Part shown: piece after piece, positions 9,649-19,075 of the stretch
Numbering within the stretch: position 1 is the stretch's first letter
Layout of the letters: every line of letters starts with the position of its first letter
IMG/VR virus record: IMGVR_UViG_3300036805_000137
Coordinates: 18,451 to 82,450 of that record
Length of the DNA stretch: 64,000 nt
Reading direction: 5' to 3' (one strand)
Source of the DNA: a virus
Lineage: Duplodnaviria; Caudoviricetes
The notes under the pieces: generated by a model
Databases searched by the model: none
Seen by the model: the letters and a program-made list of their open reading frames with translations, nothing else
Told to the model about the DNA's origin: nothing
Position numbers and translations under genes: made by a program

Positions 9649-11676
9649 ATGACGCTCCGCAATGATCACTCATCCGAGTCATCCCGTGAGCTCGTGCCGA
9701 TGCACGCGGCGCGGCAGTCGGGCGCAGCGGAGCCCTACATCCCTGGGTGGCTGCGCAAGGCTGAGGCACACACGTTGATCCTCGACAAGCACCGGCTCTG
9801 GGCAAGCATCCAATATGCAGTGGATCCCTGGTACAGGATCCCTAAGGCGATCATCTACTGGGCTGGCCGGGGGATTTTCGGTGCGCTGGGCGAGATCCGC
9901 TACGTGTGGTCCGGCGGGCTGCGGGTCATCGATGGGCTTTACGCGTGGTCGATTGCGATCAACCACGAAAGAGCCGCCGCGGTGGCCGTGGGGACGACGC
10001 ATGCCTACCGGGGTGCTGAACGTCACGTCAATGTGCGGTCCCGGCGTGGTGCGGTGCTCTGGGCAGCCCTGGGGGCGGTGTCCATTCTGGGCTTGTGGTT
10101 GGGGATCTACTACCCGTCCTACGGCGCGCTCGCCGGCATCGGGCTGGCCGCGCTGCTCGATGTGATCGGTCGCCAGGGGAAGCCCAAATCTGAGGCACCC
10201 CCGCACACCCCGGTACCGCTGAAAAATGGCATGCCCACCTCTGCTCTCAAGCGCGAGATAAAAATCTTCCTAGAGGAGGAAGGGCTAGACAATGCCATCA
10301 CCGTAGCCACGGTGCGGTTTGCTCCGCAGCGCCACGCCTACTACATCGATCTAGTCACCGCAATAGCGATCAAGCCTGAGCTGTTGCGCGCTCTCGAGAA
10401 ACGCATCTACGCGCCAGACCGCGCCATCAGGATAGTGATTGATCCCGAAAACGCAGCGCTGCAGACACTGGTGGTCTCTACAGGCAACCCGCTGGCGAAT
10501 GTGCCGGAAGCTCCGTGGATCCCGGCAGGCACGGTGTCTGGTTGGGATCCGCTTGATCTGGGGCTGTCTATCGATCCCAGCTGCCCCTATGAGCTCGTGC
10601 TGGTGATGCGCAATGTTCTGTTGGTCAGCCGTACTCGTGGCGGGAAGTCCGTAACTCTGTCTACTGTCATTGACAGATTGTCGGCTACCAGTGATGTGGT
10701 TACCTGCGCAGGGGCATTGATCAAATCTTCAATTTTTGATGCCTGGCGTTCGGTAATCTACAAAAAAGCCGAGAATGTGAACCAACTGACTGAGTTGCTG
10801 GAATGGTTGATCGGGCAGATTCAGCAGCGTGACCGGATGCTCAAAGATATCAACTCAGATGATGATCCCAGCAACGATGTTGACAAATGGAATCCCACAC
10901 TGGGGCCAGCCATCGTGTGCGTCCTCGATGAATTCCCGTGGATCGCGAAATATGATGGAACCAAAGTTCACCAAGACAGCAAGCCAAATCTGCTAGATAT
11001 GGTCGAGACCATTATGCGGACCGGATCCGGGTTGGGGGTGTCACTGGTATTGGCCTGCCAGGCATCCGGTAATGAGGATTGGGGATCATCGGTTATCTAC
11101 AAGCAAGCCAACGTCAAAATTATCGGTCCGTGCACAGAGCGGGATACCGTAGATCTGCTCGGTAAAGACAAACGTGATCAGGGTTATGCACCACACCTAC
11201 TGCAACCAGCGGATGAGCACAATATCAATGATGCCGGCATGGCGATTGTTGATGGCCCTGGTTTCGGTTCCGACTTTGTGCGCAGCTACTGGCCGTTCAA
11301 GGTTAAGGCGAGGGCGATCCGCCGGGAAGCTGAATGGGCACAGCAAGGTAACCGCCCAATGCTGCCGATTGAGTCTCATACTGCCCCGGTAGGTTACATA
11401 GATGCCGAGGAAGTGCCGCCGGCTCTTACCGCGGTGGAAATGGCATTACGCCATTATGGTGCCTCTATCCTATCCAGCGCGCTGGTTGTGAAGTACGCCA
11501 ATGAGCAAGGGGATAAGTGGACGCAGGTCTCGCTGGCAACAGCACTATCTAAAGAGTCTCCCACAGTGGTTGTGAAAGCTCACAGCGGTCGCTGCCAGGT
11601 CAATAAGAAACCGTTGCAGTGCTATCACCGGGAAGACGTTGCCGCGGCTATCAAAGCACTGGAGAGCTCGCCGTGA
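9649..11676 (+). CDS. FtsK/SpoIIIE-family DNA translocase, TraB-like (actinomycete plasmid/AICE type)
   Basis: N-terminal TM pair, Walker A SRTRGGKS, Walker B IVCVLDE, RTGSGLGVSLVLACQ motif, C-terminal wHTH-like domain. Confidence 0.85.
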   Translation: MTLRNDHSSESSRELVPMHAARQSGAAEPYIPGWLRKAEAHTLILDKHRLWASIQYAVDPWYRIPKAIIYWAGRGIFGALGEIRYVWSGGLRVIDGLYAWSIAINHERAAAVAVGTTHAYRGAERHVNVRSRRGAVLWAALGAVSILGLWLGIYYPSYGALAGIGLAALLDVIGRQGKPKSEAPPHTPVPLKNGMPTSALKREIKIFLEEEGLDNAITVATVRFAPQRHAYYIDLVTAIAIKPELLRALEKRIYAPDRAIRIVIDPENAALQTLVVSTGNPLANVPEAPWIPAGTVSGWDPLDLGLSIDPSCPYELVLVMRNVLLVSRTRGGKSVTLSTVIDRLSATSDVVTCAGALIKSSIFDAWRSVIYKKAENVNQLTELLEWLIGQIQQRDRMLKDINSDDDPSNDVDKWNPTLGPAIVCVLDEFPWIAKYDGTKVHQDSKPNLLDMVETIMRTGSGLGVSLVLACQASGNEDWGSSVIYKQANVKIIGPCTERDTVDLLGKDKRDQGYAPHLLQPADEHNINDAGMAIVDGPGFGSDFVRSYWPFKVKARAIRREAEWAQQGNRPMLPIESHTAPVGYIDAEEVPPALTAVEMALRHYGASILSSALVVKYANEQGDKWTQVSLATALSKESPTVVVKAHSGRCQVNKKPLQCYHREDVAAAIKALESSP

Positions 11677-12164
11677 GCCTGTTACTCACGGGTATCCGTG
11701 ACCAGCTGATATTAGACACACTTGACCCGTATTGGTTCTGGGATCGGGTAGATGTCAGATCACCTGATGAGTGCTGGCCTTGGCTCATGGGATGCAGTGG
11801 TGATGGCTACGGAACCTTTCGACTACCAAATATACACTGCATACTACGTGCGCACCGTGTGGCACTTTTGTTAAAAATACAGCATCCGCTTAACGAGCTG
11901 CATGCACTGCATCATTGTGATAATCCGCCATGTTGCAATCCTCTGTGTCTTTGGTCGGGTACGAATAAAGATAACGTAGAAGATTGTATCGCAAAAGGCC
12001 GGCAGGGCAATCATACTCTGCGATTCACTGGTGCCCAGCAGGCAGGCATCAGACGTAGTTATGCCTATGGCCTAATCAGTATGAGAGGATTAGCAAAACG
12101 CCATAAAGTAAGTACGAGAACCATTCAGGACATTATTCATAGGACGGGTGGCTATGCCGGTTAG
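11673..12164 (+). CDS. HNH homing endonuclease
   Basis: FWDRVD...ECWPW, AHRVA, HHCDNPPCCNP...GTNKDN; GTG overlaps the upstream stop. Confidence 0.9.
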   Translation: MSLLLTGIRDQLILDTLDPYWFWDRVDVRSPDECWPWLMGCSGDGYGTFRLPNIHCILRAHRVALLLKIQHPLNELHALHHCDNPPCCNPLCLWSGTNKDNVEDCIAKGRQGNHTLRFTGAQQAGIRRSYAYGLISMRGLAKRHKVSTRTIQDIIHRTGGYAG

Positions 12165-12179
12165 AGCACGCTACGTACC

Positions 12180-12301
12180 TGTAGTGCCTGTAGTGGCCTG
12201 TCCCGTTTTCGCAGGTCAGAGCTTGATCATGTGTAGTGCCTGCGTAGCATTTGATCATGATTGTAACGGGCAAGGGTCCTACACAGTTGATCTTTGTAGT
12301 G
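12180..12301. repeat. Cluster of TGTAGTG direct repeats (candidate clt-like site)
   Basis: TGTAGTG at 12180, 12189, 12232 and 12295. Confidence 0.7.
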
Positions 12302-12354
12302 GGGCACACTGGCCCTTGCACACTGCGGACCCGCAAGGGGTTGGGTGATCGAGG

Positions 12355-12702
12355 ATGACTATCTTGCTGATGTTCGTGCTGGTGATCATTGCGGCACTGT
12401 CGCTGACCTGGCACATGGCGTTCGTGGCACACGTCGTGCTGCTTGCGCCGGCCGCCGTAGTGGTGTGGTGGGTGGACGTGACCCGGCGCCCGATCGTGCC
12501 CTGTAAGCACTGCGACAAAGGCCGTAGCTGGGATGGGAGGGGCGAGCACTTCGGTGAGTTCTGCCCTGGCGCTCTGCTCGGCATCGGCAGTTGCGGAGGC
12601 ACGGGCAAGAAGATGCGTTGGGAGGCCCGGCTGATCTCGATCTTGGGTGGAGCTCGCGCGCTGCGCAACCTGCCTGAGAACATGCGAGGCGATGATGTCT
12701 GA
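12355..12702 (+). CDS. Membrane protein with DnaJ-like zinc finger
   Basis: Two TM segments, then PCKHCDKG...C...CGGTGKK. Confidence 0.75.
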   Translation: MTILLMFVLVIIAALSLTWHMAFVAHVVLLAPAAVVVWWVDVTRRPIVPCKHCDKGRSWDGRGEHFGEFCPGALLGIGSCGGTGKKMRWEARLISILGGARALRNLPENMRGDDV

Positions 12703-12721
12703 CATTACCTCATCATACCCC

Positions 12722-12751
12722 TTGACATGGTGTGGTTGGCAAGGGTACTGT
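12722..12751 (+). promoter_or_regulatory. Rightward promoter (TTGACATGGT family)
   Basis: TTGACA-18-TACTGT. Confidence 0.6.
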
Positions 12752-12854
12752 TTGAGGTGTTGGAAGGGTGTAGTGCCCCTGGCAGGTAAGGGGGGTCAGA
12801 TCACCGCCAACGCCTATGCGGTAGCCGCCAGCGGTTCGAGCGGGAGCGACAGTC

Positions 12855-13115
12855 ATGCACAAGATCATCAAAGCCGCCCACAAATCGATCACCACGCGGC
12901 GTGCGATGCCCCAAATGTGGTTCGAGGCCAACATGGTTGCCAACATCGCAGTCCCGTTTTCTGTGTGGACTCAGAATTGGTACATGACGTTGCTCGCGAT
13001 GATCCTGCAGCTGATCTGCGTCATGTGGTATCTGCTTGGTTACCGGCCAGTCCGCAAGCCAGCTCGCCGCACCGCAACCGCTGCCCCGCGAGCTCGCAAG
13101 ACCAAGACTACCTGA
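12855..13115 (+). CDS. Two-TM membrane protein
   Basis: Hydrophobic core, basic C-terminal tail. Confidence 0.7.
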   Translation: MHKIIKAAHKSITTRRAMPQMWFEANMVANIAVPFSVWTQNWYMTLLAMILQLICVMWYLLGYRPVRKPARRTATAAPRARKTKTT

Positions 13116-13139
13116 CCGATAATTACCTCGCAAGTAGTC

Positions 13140-13184
13140 TTGACGTGGTGTACACGAACCGCTATCGTCATTCATGTCAGGCAA
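13140..13184 (+). promoter_or_regulatory. Rightward promoter with GTGTACAC in the spacer
   Basis: TTGACG-17-TATCGT-6-TGTCAGGCAA. Confidence 0.7.
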
Positions 13185-13215
13185 TGAGCAGCCAGCTTGG
13201 GAAGGATCCGAGACA

Positions 13216-13410
13216 ATGACCGCCGCTGAGATGACCAAAAACATCGGCAAAATCGGAGCTGTGCTCTTTCGCGGTGAGTGCTCCGTGTTCATGCGGATCG
13301 TAGATGCCAAGGTCAGTTACGGCACTCTCCGCTACGAGATCGAGCCGATGGCGGGCACCGGCCGGGTATGGATCGATGCCACCTCCATTGCCATCGCGCA
13401 GGAGAACTGA
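13216..13410 (+). CDS. Small beta-rich (SH3-like) hypothetical protein
   Basis: MRIVDAKVSYGTLRYEIEPMAGTGRVWI. Confidence 0.65.
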   Translation: MTAAEMTKNIGKIGAVLFRGECSVFMRIVDAKVSYGTLRYEIEPMAGTGRVWIDATSIAIAQEN

Positions 13411-13416
13411 TCTGTC

Positions 13417-14607
13417 ATGGCCGCCAGCACTCGCCAGCTGCGATCATACCAACAGAATGCCATCACCCATATCCAAGCCGAGTGGGCCAGCGGGATTGTT
13501 CGGACCGCGATTGTTCATCCCACAGGTGCCGGTAAAAACGACACGACCGCCAAGCTCTGCGTGGATGAGGTAGACAGCGGTGGGCGCGTGCTGTTCCTCG
13601 CCCATCGGGTAGAACTGCTGGATCAGATCATCACGCGCATCAGCCACTACTCATCGCTGCCAGTTGGGCGGATTCAGGGAAACCGCAGCGATACCGACCA
13701 CTCAATCGTGGTGGCCTCCGTCCAGACTTTGTGCCGGCCGAAACGTCGAGCCGCGCTCAACTGGCAGCCCACGCTGGTCATCATTGATGAGTGCCAACAC
13801 AGCATGACTGACTCATACCTGGACATCGCGCAATGGGCTGGTTGTTTTGACGGCCGGCGCACCAGACTGCTTGGCGTCACCGCCACTCTCAGCCGCACTG
13901 ACGGACAATCTTTCGATGGTCTGTTCCAGTCGGTTGCTGATGTGATCTCCTATGACTGGGCATTCCGCCAGAAGTTGCTAGTGCAGCCCGTTGTCAGGCG
14001 CGTCACTCTCAACCGATTCTGGGATCGATTCAGCTTCCGCCGCATTTCCGCGGAGCAACTATTGCAGCGCAATGCTCAACGGGCCGCGGAAGGATGGGTG
14101 CGCAAGGCGCAGAATCGGATCACCATCGCCTACGCGCAGACTATTGCGGAGGCTCATCACCTCACCGCCGCATTTGAGAGCCTCCACGTTCCAGTTGCTT
14201 TGGTCATAGGGACGACACCATACGAGGACCGCAAACTCATCTACAAGCAGCTGGCCGCCGGCGAGATCAGAGTAATGGTCAACGTCAATGTGGCTACCGA
14301 GGGATTCGATTGCCCACAGGTGAGTTGCATTCTCCTGGCCCGCGCCACACAATCAGCGGGACTATTCACTCAAATGATTGGGAGGGGTTTACGACCTTGC
14401 ATTGATCCGGCAACACAGCAACCATGGACTGATCCCACTACCGGAAAGGCAAAAACCAATTGCCTCATACTCGATACGGTCGGCGCAACTTGGCAATTTG
14501 ACCTAGCAACTCTCATTGATATCAACCCGCGCAATGTGCGAAAGGAAAAACTCAGCATATTACAGAAAATCCAACCACGTAATCTGCTTTGGTTAGTAAA
14601 GTCATGA
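13417..14607 (+). CDS. Superfamily 2 DExH helicase, copy A
   Basis: LRSYQ, PTGAGKND, IIDECQH, TAT, VATEGFDCP, QMIGRGLR. Confidence 0.9.
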   Translation: MAASTRQLRSYQQNAITHIQAEWASGIVRTAIVHPTGAGKNDTTAKLCVDEVDSGGRVLFLAHRVELLDQIITRISHYSSLPVGRIQGNRSDTDHSIVVASVQTLCRPKRRAALNWQPTLVIIDECQHSMTDSYLDIAQWAGCFDGRRTRLLGVTATLSRTDGQSFDGLFQSVADVISYDWAFRQKLLVQPVVRRVTLNRFWDRFSFRRISAEQLLQRNAQRAAEGWVRKAQNRITIAYAQTIAEAHHLTAAFESLHVPVALVIGTTPYEDRKLIYKQLAAGEIRVMVNVNVATEGFDCPQVSCILLARATQSAGLFTQMIGRGLRPCIDPATQQPWTDPTTGKAKTNCLILDTVGATWQFDLATLIDINPRNVRKEKLSILQKIQPRNLLWLVKS

Positions 14608-14801
14608 AACGCGCAGTGTCCTACCTCATTGTTCTTATTCTACTTGCAATTTCATTGGTTCAGTGCGGCGCACAATACTACTGTTATCATGATCATCCTG
14701 TGATTGCCGCATTGGGTGGATGTTCCTCATCAGGATCAAGCTATAACTCATCTCACCGACACACCACGATACATCACACAAAGAGCTCTAGGAGCCGTTA
14801 A
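14604..14801 (+). CDS. Small membrane/secreted protein
   Basis: N-terminal hydrophobic helix; ATGA overlap with the helicase. Confidence 0.6.
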   Translation: MKRAVSYLIVLILLAISLVQCGAQYYCYHDHPVIAALGGCSSSGSSYNSSHRHTTIHHTKSSRSR

Positions 14802-14803
14802 TC

Positions 14804-15046
14804 ATGACTCGCATGCAGATCACTCACACACTCACATATGAGATCGAGGTAGAGGAGTACATCAAGGCCGCCATCAAAGAGGATGAACTAGCACCAGACG
14901 AAATCACATTGCCGGATGATTTGGATGTCATCGCCCATGATATCCCACTAACAGAGGAGGAAGCACTGATTAACCGTTGGGCTCGGCATTGCGTGAAGAT
15001 CACTGATGATGTCATTGTGTGGCACACAACCGAGGGAGAGAGCTGA
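14804..15046 (+). CDS. Acidic hypothetical protein
   Basis: 80-aa ORF, AGGAG RBS. Confidence 0.65.
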   Translation: MTRMQITHTLTYEIEVEEYIKAAIKEDELAPDEITLPDDLDVIAHDIPLTEEEALINRWARHCVKITDDVIVWHTTEGES

Positions 15047-15055
15047 CCGATATGT

Positions 15056-15418
15056 ATGACACAACTGCAGCCGGCTATGCGCGTCATCGCGCAAGGAAAG
15101 CAATGGCATACGGAGATACCACCCGAGTCAATGCCTGGCTCGCTGAGTCGTGGCGGTTATGGGATGGCCGATCAAATCTACGCGTTGATCCTACCGGTCT
15201 CACCTACTGCACAAATGAGTACCCACATCATCTGTCCTATCTCCGATCAATACTACTTCAATCAGGAAGCGGAGATAGATGCCCTCATAGCCAAAGCTGA
15301 GGCTCTGGTCGCAGAGTCAGATTACATATTCGGTTTAGAGCTGCGCTTAACTATGCGTGAGGCTTTAGAGCTGGCGCAGGCGCAAAACGTAGAGATATGT
15401 GAGGAGTCGCAGCGATGA
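15056..15418 (+). CDS. Hypothetical protein (start uncertain; overlapping alternative 15052-15300)
   Basis: ORF track; ATGA coupling to 15415. Confidence 0.4.
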   Translation: MTQLQPAMRVIAQGKQWHTEIPPESMPGSLSRGGYGMADQIYALILPVSPTAQMSTHIICPISDQYYFNQEAEIDALIAKAEALVAESDYIFGLELRLTMREALELAQAQNVEICEESQR

Positions 15419-15612
15419 ATACGCGCAAGGTCACTACACGGAGCGGGGCCAATCTCACTGCCGCATGGTGGGATGAGATCGAGGGTATGGATGCAGATGT
15501 GGATTTACGCAATGTGCGCGGCATGACTCGAACACTGCGCCGCGGTTTGGTCGCAGCCCGAGATGACATCCGTACATCACGAGGCAACAAAAGGTACACC
15601 CGCCATGGTTGA
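15415..15612 (+). CDS. Hypothetical protein
   Basis: GAGGAG RBS, coupled start. Confidence 0.6.
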   Translation: MNTRKVTTRSGANLTAAWWDEIEGMDADVDLRNVRGMTRTLRRGLVAARDDIRTSRGNKRYTRHG

Positions 15613-15719
15613 AACACTGATATGGGTTGCGGCCCTCTGCGGATTTGTAGTCGGGGCAGTGGTATCTGTCAGTATCTTGATGTTTGTTTACGGGCTCTAC
15701 TACCCGGGGAGGTCAGGAC

Positions 15720-15923
15720 GTGACAAAAATTAGCAATGGTGCTTTCTGGGTTACTACCATTAGCCTTGGCATCATTGTAGGTTGCGTGCAATGCATTACC
15801 CATAACCTGACACACCGGCCCATTGCAATGACGGCAGCCATGATTGCCAGCTGCATAGTTTTCATCATTGGCAATCTGTGGTTTCGGTACATCATGTTTG
15901 GCCCGAAAGAACGGAGGAAGTAA
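15720..15923 (+). CDS. Two-TM membrane protein
   Basis: GTG15720 after GGAGG; two hydrophobic helices. Confidence 0.6.
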   Translation: MTKISNGAFWVTTISLGIIVGCVQCITHNLTHRPIAMTAAMIASCIVFIIGNLWFRYIMFGPKERRK

Positions 15924-16387
15924 TGCCCGGGGGACCGCGATTCAGTGGACAACAACAATCATCGCATCCGATACGCAGTACCGTGTGGGGCATTCTCATC
16001 CTTTTAGCAATAATTCATTTCCTCCCCGATGGTGGCGCCGGATACCAATCAAACACGCACTCATTGGGTAGTACAATTCAGGAGGGAGACGCACAAGGGT
16101 CATTGCCACCTGAATTACGCAGCAATCCCGGTGAAGTAAAGACATGGACGGTGAAAGCCCACCGCGGATATAACCCATCATTCGGATGCTGGACGTTACA
16201 ACTCGATAGAATCACTGGCCCGCATGATGAAACCACCAGTGACTACTGCGCGAAAGACAAAGGTGATTACGACTCACATCCTGACGGCAGCCAATACGCA
16301 ACGAAAGGGAGCGGGCTCGACAATCTAACCGGCCCGCATGATGGCAATAGCACACCCGATGACAGCCCAGTCACAAACAACACGTAA
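15923..16387 (+). CDS. Membrane-anchored protein
   Basis: TAATG coupling; one TM helix, then a Cys-containing ectodomain. Confidence 0.7.
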   Translation: MPGGPRFSGQQQSSHPIRSTVWGILILLAIIHFLPDGGAGYQSNTHSLGSTIQEGDAQGSLPPELRSNPGEVKTWTVKAHRGYNPSFGCWTLQLDRITGPHDETTSDYCAKDKGDYDSHPDGSQYATKGSGLDNLTGPHDGNSTPDDSPVTNNT

Positions 16388-16400
16388 GGATTGATAGGCA

Positions 16401-16694
16401 ATGTTTGGTAAGAAAAACAGCGGCTGGGAGACTGAATTCGACCGACGTCTCGCTAATCCAAATGTCAAAAAGGACGTGATGAAAGGGGGATGGCGCGGGA
16501 GGGAAACCCGTGTAGAAGATGACAATGGTGTTATGCGCCGGCGCAATGGTGCCGTTTGCTGCGGTTGCGGACACGGCACTCACGACAACGCTAAAGACAC
16601 AAGCAGAGTTGATTTAGACCAACCAGACTACACACCATCACATCATGACACCCCTGATGACGATGGCCCAAAGATGTTTCTGGGTATCTTCTAA
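16401..16694 (+). CDS. Hypothetical protein
   Basis: 97-aa ORF in operon. Confidence 0.55.
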   Translation: MFGKKNSGWETEFDRRLANPNVKKDVMKGGWRGRETRVEDDNGVMRRRNGAVCCGCGHGTHDNAKDTSRVDLDQPDYTPSHHDTPDDDGPKMFLGIF

Positions 16695-16716
16695 TCGAGG
16701 AAGGATTGACAGAAAA

Positions 16717-17232
16717 ATGAGCGATCAGGATAAGCGCAGAGAGCGACCACCTACTACAGCTGATCCCATCATCATTGATACTGATGGCCATATTCTCGAT
16801 GCAGCAACACCATTGGCCCATCCGCCGGCTGTCATCAGCCAACCTACACAAGAAACCACTAGGGAGCTCGTACCACCCGCGCCCGAGTTGGAAATAGTCC
16901 ACACCACCTCGGTGCCGGCACGGATCAAAGATGCCGTTGTTGACGGCGAGGCGGTAATCATTATCGGTGCTGTGGTCGTGACAGGTGTAGGGATTGCAAC
17001 GCTCGTGACTTTCATTCAGTGGGTGCAGGGCGCGATACAGACACTTGTGAATGGGCTGCACTTTGTCGAGACTCATAGTGCAGTCATCATTGGTGACTGC
17101 GTATTAGCATTGCTGGCCGTGCTTGCGGTGCTTTACGTTCTGCAGGGTGGCGGTAAGGATGCCGGCACTGTTGTGGTGAAAGGATGTCCGCGAGGTCCAA
17201 CACCCGGGGCTATCAAGATCCGTAGGCGATGA
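16717..17232 (+). CDS. Two-TM membrane protein
   Basis: MSDQDKRR..., two long hydrophobic segments. Confidence 0.7.
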   Translation: MSDQDKRRERPPTTADPIIIDTDGHILDAATPLAHPPAVISQPTQETTRELVPPAPELEIVHTTSVPARIKDAVVDGEAVIIIGAVVVTGVGIATLVTFIQWVQGAIQTLVNGLHFVETHSAVIIGDCVLALLAVLAVLYVLQGGGKDAGTVVVKGCPRGPTPGAIKIRRR

Positions 17233-17906
17233 TTATGGAACGTATCCATGATACTCAAATTTTAGCCTATGTTGATCCTGATTGGTTTTGGTCACAAGTT
17301 AAACAAAATGCACCTCATGAATGTTGGCCTTGGCTAGGAAGTACTAATGAGCAAGGTTATGGACGCGTAGCAGTCGGCCAACAACAACGAGCCCGGGCTC
17401 ATCGAGTTGCATATCTGTTTGGTACTGGATTACTGCTCAATGAACTAAATGCATTACATACTTGCGATAATCCTCCTTGCTGCAACTACCAAACTCATTT
17501 ATTTCCAGGTACTCAATTGGATAACATAGCTGATATGGTAGCGAAAGGCAGAGAAGCTATCGGACCAACCAGACTTACAGCCAAAGAAGTGACTGAAATC
17601 AAACAACGATATGGTAATGGTGAGAGCGCTAGAATATTGGCTGAACTTTATAATGTGCGGCCGCAACAAATAAGAAGAATTGCAAATGGTACCAGACGAC
17701 GGCGGCATACAACACCCCTAATCACACCTGCATGGAAAACCCAAGGCTTTTACGGTCCACACACTAAAATCACACCTGCACAAGTAACCGAAATCATTAC
17801 TCGTTATCAGCAAGAAAACATCACACAAAGAGCATTGGCAACTGAATACGGTCTAGTGCAAAGCTACATTAGCCGTATTGTCACAAACAAAGCACGAGGT
17901 AACTAA
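17229..17906 (+). CDS. HNH homing endonuclease with C-terminal HTH repeats
   Basis: FWSQV...ECWPW, AHRVAY, HTCDNPPCCN...GTQLDN. Confidence 0.9.
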   Translation: MIMERIHDTQILAYVDPDWFWSQVKQNAPHECWPWLGSTNEQGYGRVAVGQQQRARAHRVAYLFGTGLLLNELNALHTCDNPPCCNYQTHLFPGTQLDNIADMVAKGREAIGPTRLTAKEVTEIKQRYGNGESARILAELYNVRPQQIRRIANGTRRRRHTTPLITPAWKTQGFYGPHTKITPAQVTEIITRYQQENITQRALATEYGLVQSYISRIVTNKARGN

Positions 17907-17908
17907 TC

Positions 17909-18919
17909 ATGATGATGGCAGCTGGTCACTCATTCAGTGGGTGGTGTGCTGGGCTGATGGTTATCAATGCACTGTCACTGTTTGCTGACCTTCCTGCACT
18001 CGCCACGCTACTGCTCACACTCGGCACCGCATTGGCGTGGGCCGGCGCGGCTATCATCGCTGATTGGGATCACCCTAACTCAACCATCACTACCGCATTC
18101 GGCCCGCTTAGCCATCTCGTGCATGAAGGTGTCATCGAGCTCCACTACACGGTAGCGGCTCTCACTGCAGACGGAGGTGACCGCAAGCCGCCAGGTCCGC
18201 ACCGCGGTATCACGCACTGGTGGCCGGCTCCGTTAGTCACTGGTGGGCTCGTGGCGTTCGGTTGTTATTGGAGCAAGTGGGTTATTTTCGGCGTTCTCCT
18301 AGTGCTTTACACGGGCGCCATCCGGGGCATCACCGTCCCGGACTATGTGGTGCAACAGAACCACACCGTCCGTCATCGTTGGACAATGAAAACCGCGCAC
18401 GGCATCATTGACCTGATTCCGTTTATGGCGGTGCTCAAGCGCGCCCGCAAGCATGTCATTCGCACTTACACAATTCATTTCACCTACTGGTGGAAAATAC
18501 ATATTCCGGTAGGCAAGATCGGCGTTATCGCGGTAGCCGCAGATTTCGCTCTCATTGCCATCCGTTATCCTTACGTTGTGGAGCACGGGCCTTGGGTCGG
18601 TGTCATTGTCTGCCTGGGGATGTATTTGCATATCCTAGGTGACGCACCAACAGAGATGGGTATCCCTGGCCGGAAGCTCAATCGATTCTGGCGGTTGCCC
18701 AAGTGGCTGGCATTCCGGGCCGGCGGTCCATTCGAGATCTTAGTATTGTGGGTGCCCATGGTGGCATTGGGTGTCTATCTCATTCCGGGTATCCGCCCGC
18801 ACGCTGAGGTGATGATGGTGCAGAGCTACATTGTGTGGGGATTGTGCATTCTCGCCGGGCTGGCTATTATTATCGAGATCGGCACCCGCTACGCGCGTAG
18901 AAAGGCTTGGATAGCGTGA
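17909..18919 (+). CDS. Membrane-bound metal-dependent hydrolase (YdjM-like)
   Basis: GHSFSG, ADWDHP, HRGITH, LHILGDAPT motifs with many TM helices. Confidence 0.85.
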   Translation: MMMAAGHSFSGWCAGLMVINALSLFADLPALATLLLTLGTALAWAGAAIIADWDHPNSTITTAFGPLSHLVHEGVIELHYTVAALTADGGDRKPPGPHRGITHWWPAPLVTGGLVAFGCYWSKWVIFGVLLVLYTGAIRGITVPDYVVQQNHTVRHRWTMKTAHGIIDLIPFMAVLKRARKHVIRTYTIHFTYWWKIHIPVGKIGVIAVAADFALIAIRYPYVVEHGPWVGVIVCLGMYLHILGDAPTEMGIPGRKLNRFWRLPKWLAFRAGGPFEILVLWVPMVALGVYLIPGIRPHAEVMMVQSYIVWGLCILAGLAIIIEIGTRYARRKAWIA

Positions 18920-19075
18920 AGCCACCCGATAGGCCAGTTAACGCAGTCACCTCTGTGATTATTCTATTCCTCCTGATGGTTGCTGCCAATATCACCGGCA
19001 TACTACTGCTCAAACTACTAGGCATCCTCTAAAGAAAGGCTCCCCATTATGTCATGCGCGGAAGATTGGAGCTCA

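Noticed and set aside
12148-12348. 66-aa ORF after the HNH gene
   Set aside because: No RBS, overlaps the HNH end, and its sequence simply reads through the TGTAGTG repeats
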